DNA from: the human T2T-CHM13v2.0 reference genome, Homo sapiens
DNA: 64,000 bases
Direction: 5' to 3' (one strand)
Assembly (NCBI RefSeq): GCF_009914755.1
Contig: NC_060936.1
The position numbers and the translations under genes are program-made. The notes under the pieces were generated by a model that was not told the origin of the DNA, searched no databases, and was given only the letters and a program-made list of their open reading frames with translations. This document shows, piece after piece, positions 26,651 through 48,304 of the stretch; position 1 is the stretch's first letter, and each line of letters starts with the position of its first letter.

Positions 26651-28774
26651 TAATTTACAGTGATTTAAAGTTTTCCTTTTCCTTCTTCCAGTTTTGAGTA
26701 GTTATGAAAAACTCATCAGTCATTAATTAGCAATGCCAGTTAAAACCATGACTTTGGCTGGGGATATAAGAATTGTGGTTCATTTTGGTGAGGTTTCCCT
26801 CACTTAAACAACTGAACAATTAAAGTTTATGAAGAGTCTAATGTTTGAGGCATTGTGTTAAGCTATAGGAATGGGGGGTACTAAAATACATTTATTAGAT
26901 AATAATAGAATCTACCTTAGGGGACTGTCACTAGGATAAGATCAGTTAGGGGCATAGTTAAAATGGTTAGAATAGTGCCTTGCCATAGTAAGCAGTCAAG
27001 AATATTAGTTTTGTTATTGTTCTTATAGTTCTTATTGTTCTTATAGTTATTGTCACTATAAGCTATTTAATGAAGTACTTAACAGTTCATTGTGATAAAT
27101 CCTCCAATAAAAGTTTATAAAGTTGCTAAGTATAGGGAGTATGTGAAGGAGCTGGGGACATAAAAGATTGCATCGAATTGAGTTGTAAGTGATAAGTTTG
27201 CCAGAGAGAACATAGGAGAAAAATTTTCTAGGAAGAAGAAAAATTCAAAGCTCAGGATGCATAGCTAGAAGTTTGGGAGGGCCAAGGTGACAGACTGTAG
27301 AATCGAGGTCATTGTTGGTCGGAAAGAAAGAAATCTAAGTGAGATAATGCATCATTTATATAAATACGTTTCTTCAGTTGTCTTCTATGCGCTACATATT
27401 GTGTGACATGAACATAAACAAGATATTTATGGTCCTCTCAAGTGAAGCTGAAAGTCTAGTGGACAGCATATACACTGAATAAGGAATTACAGTACTGTGT
27501 ACGAACAGCCATGAGAGAGAAAGCAGAGAGCTAAAACAACATGAGAAATTATTTCTGTTTTAGAGAAGAGGCAAGAATTCAGGGTTCCTGAATTCCATGT
27601 TAATTTTTATAATCTTGAATTTTTATAATCTTGAATTTTTATATTTTAAAGCAAAATGTAAAAAAAGTTTTATACCTTATCTATTTTAGGAGCTTTTAAT
27701 TTTTATTTATTTATTATTTATTATTTGTTATTTAAGTAAATTAAATTATAGATTAATTCATAATAAAAAATTATTTAAATAATGACAACTAATTTTCAAA
27801 TTTAATGTTTTTATCTTTATTTTATATATTTATTATATTTATAATTAATTACAAAATTATTGTTCTATTATTATTTTGTTAACACTTCTAGAAAAAAATC
27901 TTTATTAAAACTTTTAGAAAAAATTGTAAGAATATTGAAATATATATTTATATTAAATGATTTGATGTTATATGTAATATATATTTAATCTTCATATCAA
28001 ATATTTAGATAACACACCAAAATTAATTCTTACCCGAGATTAGTTCAATTTTTATATTAAAACTTTATACTTAATTATATATTTATATTTAAATGATATA
28101 TTAATATATAACATTTGTATGTGTTTAACTTTTATAGCCATAGACATTTTTAGACACTTTCAGCGTATAATCTTTCAAGAAGAAAATAACACTTGAAGGA
28201 AAACCAACATTCAAAAGTTATCACATTAAATAAATAAGAAACAATGTGAAACACTTAATATGTTTTTTAGTTCCACACACACCTAAGTTAAACTCTCCTG
28301 CTTTCAACTTTAAACACTCAGAAAGAAGCTTTTGATTACTCTCTATATCTTGTAACAAAAATGTTAACCATTTAATAATTTACTATTTCATCAGAAAATT
28401 GTAGGCCCTATAGACTCTTTTAAGTAGCAGATATTGAAGAACGGGACTCTCATTTCCTCTATAAATTTTTTTTCGGGATGACTCACTTTATTAGAAATTT
28501 AGGCTTCTGTCTTCCTTTCATGCACTTAGTGAATAGCAAAAAGGTCAACATATCACATCTAGTCATTTGCCTGGCATTTAGTACTGCGATATGTAAGGTA
28601 CTATGTGGAAAAAGCGAGGAGAAAGACTGGATTCATCTCCTCAGTAGGTTAGATAGAGTGCCTTAGACAGCTCTAATAAATATAGATGACAGTGTTAATA
28701 TGCTAAGATTACTGATATTTTAAAACTGAAAACTGTAGTTCATACTAAATAGCATTTTATTCTTCATTTGGAAG

Positions 28775-28882
28775 AATGGCAGAGCACAGAGGAAAGTGTT
28801 ATGTTCCTGAAAGCTGCCCATGTATTTGGAAAGATTGGGAGTATCTCTCAGGAGAAGTGATTGCTACACCGTGTTACACCTG
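28775..28882 (+). CDS. OTOGL: OTOGL exon N (108 nt): GMAEHRGKCYVPESCPCIWKDWEYLSGEVIATPCYT
   Basis: ttggaag|aat...cctg|gtaagg; phase 2-2. Confidence 0.92.
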
Positions 28883-29634
28883 GTAAGGAGGTCCATTTAT
28901 TTCACAAATATTTTCCTAAGTAATTGTGTAAATTTCAATCATCTTTTATTTATTTAATGAGACTGACATCAGCAAAAAGTAAATCAAGCCTCAGCAAATA
29001 ATTTAAAGGCCTGCAGGAGTTGGTGGACAGTTACTATCTGCAGGGGACTATATCATTATTTTTATGCATATTTGTTCAGCCCAGAAGAAAACTGTGAAAC
29101 ACAACAATCTAAAATTTTAATAGGAAAAAATATCTCATGTTTATAAGAAAGTGCTAAATGTTACAAAGAAAAGACCGTATTTAATGGAAGGTTTTCTGTT
29201 TCAAGGTAAGTCAAAAGAATACCATAAAATAAAATTTGAAATATAATTTCCCTAAAATATGGACAAAGATTCTAAACTCATGAGCAATGTCATGTCTAAT
29301 GCATTTAAATTTACTCAAATATGGGAGATGGCATTGTGCTTTTTCAGCTACCAGCAGACATGTGTTCAGTTTTTCATTCTATCATCTACTTTCTGTGTGA
29401 CCTATGCACAATTCCTAGGCTCGGTTTTGGTGTCTGATAATTTATTTAAAGGAAGTGAAAAACGTATGCCTAATTTGTCAATGTAATAGGTGGTATCAGA
29501 ATGAACTGGCAATATTCGTAAGGGATATTGACTCATGAATTCTCTTGAATACAGACATTCCAATGTTGCTGTCACTTGAAATCACTAGTTAGAGTCGTTT
29601 CTTTAGAAAGGTAACTTTTGTTATTTTTTAATAG

Positions 29635-29773
29635 CGTTTGTCGACGAGGAATGTTCAATTGCACATATTATCCATGCCCAGCAGTGTGCACAATATACGG
29701 GGACCGACATTATTATTCTTTTGATGGACTAGAATATGACTATATCAGTGATTGCCAGGTGTTTTTGATAAAG
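29635..29773 (+). CDS. OTOGL: OTOGL exon O (139 nt): CVCRRGMFNCTYYPCPAVCTIYGDRHYYSFDGLEYDYISDCQVFLIK, start of VWD3
   Basis: taatag|cgt...aag|gtaggt. Confidence 0.95.
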
Positions 29774-29899
29774 GTAGGTCACAGTTACACATTTTTATTT
29801 GCATTCGTGTAAAGATTTAATGTAAAAAACAAGTATGCTGGTCCCTGATATATCAAATTCATGTGTTATTTATAAAACCTATAAAACAATTATATATAT

Positions 29900-32321
29900 T
29901 TTCAACTTTTATTTCAGGTTCGGGGGTACTTGGGAAGGTCTGTTAATGTGGGTATATTACATGTTGCTGGGGTTTGGTGTACAAAGAATTTCATCATGCA
30001 GGTAGTAGCATAGTACCCAATAGATAGTTTTTTGACCCTTACCCTCCTCCCATCCTTCACCCTTAAGTAGTAGGCCCCAATGTCTATTATTCCCCTCTTT
30101 GTTTCCATATATACCCAATGTTTAGCTCCCACTTATAAGTGAGAACATGCGGTATTTGGTTTTCTGTTCCTGTGTTAATTCACTTATGATAATGGTCTCC
30201 AGCTGCATCCATGTTGCTGCAAAAGACATTTCTTTCTTATGGCCATGTAATATTCCATGGTGTATATGTACCACATTTTCTTTATCCTTTCCACTGTTGA
30301 TGGGCATTTAGGTTGATTCCATGTCTTTGCTATTGTGAGTAGTGCTGCAATGAATGTATGCATACATGTGTCTTTACGGTAGAATGATTTATATTCCTTT
30401 GGGTATATACACAATAATGGGATTGCTGGGTTGACTGGTAATTCTGTTTTAAGTTTTTTAAGAAATTGCCACACTGCTTTCTACAGTGGCTAAACTAATT
30501 TACATTCTCACCAGCAGCATATAGCAGCGTATAAGCATTCCCTGTTCTTCGCAACCTTGCCAACATCTGTTTTTTTTTGACTTTTTAATAATAGCCATTT
30601 TGACTGCTGTGAGATGATATCTTATTATGGTTTTGATTTGCATTTCTCTAATAATTAATGATGTTGAGCATTTTTTCATATGCTTGTTGGCTGCATGTAT
30701 GTATTCTTTTGAGATGTGTCTGTTCATGTCCTTTGCCCATTTCTAATGGGGTTGTTTTGTACTTATTGACTTGTTTAAGTTCCTTGTAGATTCTGGTTAT
30801 TAGGCCTTTGTAGGGTGCATAATTTGCAAATATTTTCTCCCATTCTGTAGGTTTTCTGTTTATTTTGTGGACATTTCTTTGGGTGTGCTGAAGCTCTTTA
30901 GTTTAATTAGGCCCCACTTGTCAATTTTTGTTTTTGTTGGAATTGCTTTAGGTGTCTTTGTTGCAATTGCTTTAGGTGTCTTTGTTATGAAATCTTTGAC
31001 AAGGCCTACATCCAGAATAGCATTCCCTAGGTTTTCTTCTAGGTTTTTTATGATCTTAGGTCTTACTTTTAAGTCTTTAATCCATCTTTGGTTGATTTTT
31101 GTATTTAATGCAAGGAAATGTTCCAGTTTCAACCTTCTGCATATGGCTAGCCGGTTATCCCAGCAGCATTTATTGAATGGAGAATCCTTTCCTCATTGCT
31201 TATTATTGTCAGCTTTGTCAAAGATCAGATGGTTGTAGGTATGTGGCTATGTTTTTGGGTTCTCTAACCTGTTCCATTGTGTCTGTTTTTGTGCCAGTAC
31301 CATGCTGTTTTGGTTGTTGTAGTCTTGTAGTATAGTTTGGAGTTGGGTAGTTTGATGCTTCCAGCTTTGTTCTTTCTGCTTAGGAATGGCATTGAATTTG
31401 TAGATAGCTTTGGGAAGTATGGCCATTTTAACAATATCGATTCTTCCTACCCATGAGCATAAAATGTATTTCCATTTGTTTGTGTCGTCTTGATTTCTTT
31501 CAGCAGTGTTTTGTAATTCTTGTTGTAGAGATCTTTCATTTTCCTGGTTAGCTGTATACCTAGGTATTTTTTTTTTGTGTGTATGGCTATTGTGAATGGA
31601 ATTACATTCTGGATTTTGCTCTCAGCTTGAACACTATTGGTGTATAGAAATGCTGCTGATTTTTCTACATTGGTTTTGTATCCTGAAACTTTACTGAAGT
31701 TGTTTATCAGTTCTAGGAGCCTTTGGGCAGAGGCTATGAGGTTTTCCAGGTGTAGAATCATATTGTCTGTGAAGAGAGATACTTTGACTTCCTCTTCCTA
31801 TTTGGATGCCTTTTATTTATTTCTTTTGCCTGATTGCTTTGGCTAGGACTTCCAGTACTATGTTGAATGAGAGTGATGAGAGTGGGCATCCTTGTCTTGT
31901 TCCACTTCTCAGTGGAATTGGGTCCAGCTTTTGCCCATTTGGAATGATGTTGGTTGTGGGTTTGTCATAGAAGGCTGTTAATATTTTGAGGTATGTTCCT
32001 CTAATGCCTAGTTTTTAGAGGATTTTTAATATGAAGGATGTTGAATTTTATCCAAAGCTTTTTCCTGCATCTGTTAAGATGATCATGTGGTTTTTGTTTT
32101 TAGTTCTGTTTGTGTGATGAATCACATTTATTGATTTGTGTATGTTGCACCAACCTGTCATTCCAGGAATAAAGTCTACTTGATTGTGGTGGATTAGCTT
32201 TTTGATGTGCTGCTAGATTCAGTTTGCTAGTATTTTGTTGAGGATTTCTGTGTCTATGTTAATCAGGGATATTGGCCTGAAGTTTTCTTTTTTCATTGTA
32301 TCTCTGCCAGGTTTTGGTATT
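29900..32321 (-). mobile_element. 5'-truncated older L1 (L1PA13-16-like), ~2.4 kb
   Basis: Minus-strand ORF2 C-terminal peptides in the ORF track; 3'UTR near 29900; ends in the RT region. Confidence 0.9.
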
Positions 32322-32369
32322 TCTTTAATTCATTCTTAACTTTTATTATTTATAGGTAATGGGCTAGTT

Positions 32370-32520
32370 CTTAAACATTCTGTGCCTCTGTTTCCTCATC
32401 TATAAAATGAGAAAAATAATTGTGAAAGAAGTTCTGAGGATTGAATAGATAAATATATATAAAAGGCTTAGATAGTATTTGATATAAAGTGAGAGTTCAA
32501 TAAATGTTAGCCATTTTTAT
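32370..32520. mobile_element. MIR
   Basis: tctgtgcctctgtttcctcatctataaaatgag...caataaatgttagc. Confidence 0.7.
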
Positions 32521-34384
32521 TGTTATTAACTTGGTTTGGTGAATATAAATATAACACATTAAACCATAATTGGGTTATACATTTTTTATGGTTATGACAA
32601 TAAAAAGATATTATGCTCAATTCTAGAAATGCTATTTTGATGATATGCTTTGGTAAACTCCAGGCTTTATATATCTGATAAAATCCTTAAAATTTCTTAC
32701 ATTGAATGCATTTGAATTACCTGTATACTCAAATTTTAGGCATTACTGATCACAAATTTACATTTCTAAATGAAAAATGTGAGCTTTAGAAAGAAGTCAC
32801 ACAAGAATAAACAAAATAACATCTTTTCCTCCAGCAAACTAACCTATGATTAATGCATTTTTTTCTGGATGTGACTTTTATATTATTAGAGGTTTGTGTG
32901 TGATTCTGTTATTTAAGCCTAAGTCAAGAAAACAGACTATCTTCTATTTTATATTAGTTCTGTTACATAAAAAATGAATAGTAAAATCTATAGCCTTTTA
33001 AACTTAAGGAAGGTTCTTGCTTATGTTTTACGTCATTGGATTTTCCTGTTGGTACTTGTCTTGTCTTCCTTTATGAATGGTTTTAAGTTTCTTAAAGAAT
33101 AAATACCTAGGAATGGATTTGGCAGTCATATAATTATAACGGATGGTAAGTTGCCTATAGGGTATTTTTTTTTTTGTCTTGTGTTGTTTGGATTATTTTC
33201 GGAGCCTACGGAAGGCACACTAAAGAATACATTCTCTAAGTATCTTCTTTGAACAAGCCTGTTTTAGCAAACAATTTTATATTAGAATCCTTTCATCCCC
33301 TGAGGTTTAGAGTATAAATTTAGAGGCTTAGAAAAGTAGATAACAGTTTAGAAATTTGAACACATAAACAAATATACTTTTCAGGTTGATTTTATATAAA
33401 ATCCTCACTTTCCTTGATATTTAGGTGCCTCTGACACTCCTTTAAGTTACCTCCACCCTTGACTTTCTGGATATTATGATTCTTTCTCTCTGGTTTCTTC
33501 TTTGTCTTGTGTTGCCTTTTCCTCTTACATAAGCCCCCACTCAGAGATGACTGATTTGGTTCCTTCAGAGCAAGGACCAAGTCTTGCTCATCATTGTTTC
33601 ACAAGGGAGGAGCACCATGCTGGGAACATAGTTTCTCACTGAATGTTTATTGAAGTGGACATCTGTTTGTGGTTCTTTACCCCTTTTTCCTAGTGCTTGG
33701 TGTGTTCATCCACTTCTAAAATCTTAGCTACAGCTACACACTGATGAGTTCCAAATTGATGTGTAGAGCTCTGACACTCAATTTCTTGACTATATTTCTG
33801 ACTCAAGTTCATCCTTACAATAATATACTATTTCTTTCTATTTATCTTTCTGAGACTCATATTGTTATCATGTAATTGCTTCTTAAGAACTACAGTGACT
33901 TCCAATGGCCTCCAGTGGCTTCCAATAGCGTCATAAAGTCAAACCTCCTACTCCAGTCTTTCCAAGGGTTCTGTCAGCTCCATCCCTCATCTATGTCTTT
34001 TCTCAGTGTACTTTCTGTGTCTGATTTCCTCTGCTCCCTCAAAGTCATGTGTTCAGCTCACAGTTATCTGTCCTGTTCTTATATCCTATTGTGTTTATAG
34101 TCATAACATCAAAATTAAGCAGCTCATTATATTCTGATTATTTTTATATACTCATCTAGATTGTGTATCATTTTATGTCAGAACTATTTGGTACACTTCT
34201 TCTGGGTTCCTCATGGGAGCTAGCACAATTATGGCTGAATTATGAAGCTAAAAAATTACTTGTTTGACTTTTTTCAACAGTCTCCACTTGAGAATAGAGA
34301 CCACAAGCTTAAACATGAATTTTTAGTTCTAGCAATCTAACACTTGTGATAAATGCATACACGAGCTTTCAATGTGAAGTTTTT

Positions 34385-41062
<6,678 letters not shown>

Positions 41063-41914
41063 ATGTAGAACATTTTACTTTCTTTAACAACCTGATTTTA
41101 ATTATTTTTGAAATTATTTCTCTTCTTCTGCATAGTCAAATTTAAGTTACATTCAGAAAAAAGAAAGTTTTGCTGACAATATAATGTCAAACATGACATG
41201 TTCCCATTGGATATATCATTACTGTTAAAGATGTTTGTTTATGGTATCATTTTAAGTAGTAACACAAAGATTCTGTGAAGCTTTATTTTTCATTTTGTAT
41301 ATGGAAAAAATATTTGCACATTTCTACCAAAAGCATTAAAAATCTTGTTCATGTTTCAGCATCTCTACAAATATTTTCCAATGTATGGTGGTGATCTTTG
41401 TTCACATTATTATTTCATTCATTTAATAAAACAATTTTAGGGGCCTATTAAATGTAAAGCATGCCAGTAAAGACATATCTACTATTTATACTCCATATTA
41501 AGACAGATTTCTCTAAGAAAATTCTAAGGTTTTGATGGTGGGGACAATGCCTTATATTTCTTGTTATTCTTTCTAAGTCATTTTGCAGAATGCTGGGCAT
41601 TTGGTGAACTCAATAACTACTTGTTAGTATTTTCTCCTGTTACTCTCATTTTCTTTTTTTAGTAGAGAAAATGTAGCATTTATCATTGTCATTTCAAATA
41701 CTGATTGTGCAGAAAATATTTCAAGTAGAGTATTTGTCTTAACTCTGAGTCCTGGCAAGAGGAAACTATAATCTTGTGTTTATGTTTAATTGTAGAGAAA
41801 TAATATCAACTAATAAATAATGGACAAGGCCAGAAACTAATAAAAGACGTACCATAGTTTCTTTTCAAATGATATTTTTCTCTCTCTCAGTTCCTCATTT
41901 CTATGAAAGACAAA

Positions 41915-44065
<2,151 letters not shown>

Positions 44066-45440
44066 TGTCTTCTTACAAGAACCTTATGAAGGTGTCAACT
44101 GAAGGGTGGTTTTGGCCCCAGGCAGCAGAGTCATGGATGACCTGATGTCATTCTTGTAACTTGGACAATCTCTGTGTGACTGCTCTATTTTCTGCTACTC
44201 AGGCTAGCATGTCTAACTTTCTTTTCTCTGTCTTTTCTCTACTTTTTCGTCAGTTCAGTCATCATTTCTACTTCCTCATATGTTCAGCTTTTTTTTTTTT
44301 ACCTGGTCAGCTCCTACTCTTCCTTATATCCTTTACATGTTTATTCACCCTCAGATCTTCCTGCAAAACATTAAAAAAAATCAGTATTTTCTGGTTCAAA
44401 TTTGAGAGAGAATTGACTAGAATATAGTTCGTTTTTTCTGCAACATTGAAGTCCCTTTGCCCATAAATGAATGCACTGCTTTGGGGCAGAAACCATGGCT
44501 GCCTAAGGCTATGGTATCAGCAGAGATTTTGTGTGGGATAATTACCCTTAAAAGGGGCTGGGGCTATGACAGGTGCTGAGACTGACATGTAAAGTATAAT
44601 TATATACTTCCTTGAAAGGTGCTGACAGTTTCTGTTTCAGAGTCATTTTGGGGCATATTCTGTATTAAAGCTTTTAGTACCTGAGAATAAAGGGTTTTGA
44701 GGAGCCCAGGTGACACATTGATGTTGACCTTTTTCCTCCAGCTTTGTTGTCATTATTACTATGTTGCTTAACAACTCTGTGGCATTATTTTTAAACCTAA
44801 TATTAACTTGAAATACATTAGAAATGGAAAGTATAGAAATGTGACTTTTAGGTGTATTGCTATTGTTACAAATTACTGTGAGCATAGCATGAAATTGTAA
44901 GACAAAGCATACAAGATAGAATATTTCTTGACATTTCAGATTTAATATAAAGGATGAAACTAACATTGAGGCATTTTAATTAATAGCAATAAAATATAAT
45001 GGCAATAAAAAGCCTTTCAATCAGCTTTTCACATCCCTTAGTCTAAATAACTTTTCCCAAGATGAAGAGCAAAACAAAACCCTAAATTATGTATTTTTCT
45101 CTTTGAAAATTATGCTGAAAGGCAGAAAAGTATGACATTATTTTTTTGAGTAGTACAATGCCATAATCATCTTAATGACCCTTATTATTTCTCAAAAGGA
45201 TTGTTTAAAAAGCAGCAAAAGCTCCCAGCATCTATGAAGGAAAAATGGGTTACAGAGGGATATATTAATTACTCCATCTATACCATTCATTAAAAACCTA
45301 TCCTCTAGACACTATAATACTTATTAACAAGGCAGAAAGAATTTAGCCAAAGTAAGAGATGAACTGAGTTAGTTTTCATATTGCCAGTGTTGTGAAAAAC
45401 TAAGTGTGAAGAATTTACATCAAGACCTCTATGATCATTA

Positions 45441-46149
<709 letters not shown>

Positions 46150-47441
46150 TGACCCATGTGTCTCAAAATGGAAAAGATTCAGGAAGTGTGTGTGGGCCTT
46201 TGAAAATTGAACATTGAATCCAAAGAGAAATGTCACAGTTCTTCCTTTCCTTTTAATGAAATCTCTACTGTCCACAATCAGTGAATGGGCTCTTAGAGCA
46301 GTAGCTTTTAACTTTGGGGGAGATTAGGACCACTTTGAGAATTTGACAAGAAGCCATGTACTTTCTTCCTAGAAAAATGGTAAGTATATGAGTTGATGAG
46401 TATGTTCGTTTTATTTAATTATTTCACATTATATACATATAACATCCCATTGTATCTCATAAATATATGCAATTATAACTTGCCAATTAAAACTTTTAAG
46501 GAACCAGATGTAAACAATATTTTATAATGAAATTTCCAGAGTCAGTACAACTGAAGAAACCTATCCATTAAACTGGGGGAGAAAGAAACTTTGATTCTAA
46601 AGAGTGACTTAGTGGATGCAGTGGGGAGTTGCCAAGGAGAGGGGTCTACCTGGAGGTGGAAGTGTGTCATTTAGAGTAGAGAGACTAAATAGTGTTCCTT
46701 GAATTTAGGGATTCCCTATCATCTAAAGTTGTCTTTTCTCCTCAACCATTTCTAGACCCTTCCTAATTTCTTTACAAGTGGCATCAAGACAAACAAAACA
46801 GATTAGGAATTTGAACTCTGATCCTCCTCTTAATTAGCAAAGCGACCTTAGATAATCAGTTAATTCCTCTTAATCTCAGTTTCCTCATCTGTAAAATGGA
46901 AATAATACCCAATTCAAAAAGTTTTCATGAGAACTAAATTGGATAATACATGTAAAATTCAAACCAAGCTCTCAAATAATACACATTATTTTATTTACTA
47001 ACAAATACCAAAGTTTTGTATCTATTTGAATTCTAACTTATAGACAAATAATTATTCAGCCAGAAATATCCTTTAAATAAAACAAAAGACATATCTCAAA
47101 TGAATATTTTTTAAAGATTTCCCTAAGTGACATATTGTTTTGTTGATTATTTATTGATAAATAAAATGATAATGGTTGATACATTTGAGCTATAGAAATA
47201 AAATGGTAAACTTGGCTGGAACAAAATTTTAACAGATATTATAGGTGTTTAAAGATTGAGCTATCCTACTATATTTCTATAGACTTCTTCACATTATTAG
47301 TTAAAAATGACTTTTTATTTTAGAGGTGTTTTTCAGTTCTAATGCAATCCATTGTCAATATTTAAGATTTCTTAATAAAAATAACTAAAAATAATATAGG
47401 TTGTATATATTTGTATTAATAAAATATTTGTGACATTTCAG

Positions 47442-47576
47442 AGTGCAGATGATTCAGATATATCTGTCATTGCCCAGAACAAGAAATGCTTTGACAACGA
47501 TATTGTTTGTTCTAAAAGTGTTTTGATTTCAGTTGGGGACACTGAAATTTACCTGAATGATACTCCTTACAAACAG
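47442..47576 (+). CDS. OTOGL: OTOGL exon P (135 nt, phase 0-0): SADDSDISVIAQNKKCFDNDIVCSKSVLISVGDTEIYLNDTPYKQ
   Basis: tttcag|agt...cag|gttagt; VWD N..C......CSK.V motif. Confidence 0.94.
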
Positions 47577-47925
47577 GTTAGTGAATTATTTCTTTCAGGA
47601 TCATTTGAACTTGTCCTGAGGATACTGAAAATAGAATAGAAATGATTTGGTCTACTCCTCTCTGTAAATGGTCATGAGATCTATGTTGTGTTTTGTTTTC
47701 ATTTTGCGTGGCTTCAGTACATTGTGCTTGACTTCTCTCTTCTTACTTCTTACTTCCCTTCTCCATCTTCCAATTCGCTCCTCTTGCTTTCACTCCCATA
47801 GTTGCCATTTGGGCCCTTGCAACCCCCACCTATTGCCTTAATTACTTCAGTGGCTTCCAGGCTAGACTCTTGGCTTCTAGTTTTAGTCTTTCCCCTCTTA
47901 TTCATCCTCACATACTGCAGCATAG

Positions 47926-48304
<379 letters not shown>

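Noticed and set aside
29598-29616. ctttag-AAAG-gtaact microexon or recursive-site-like motif before exon O
   Set aside because: It would leave a 24-nt intron, too short to splice.
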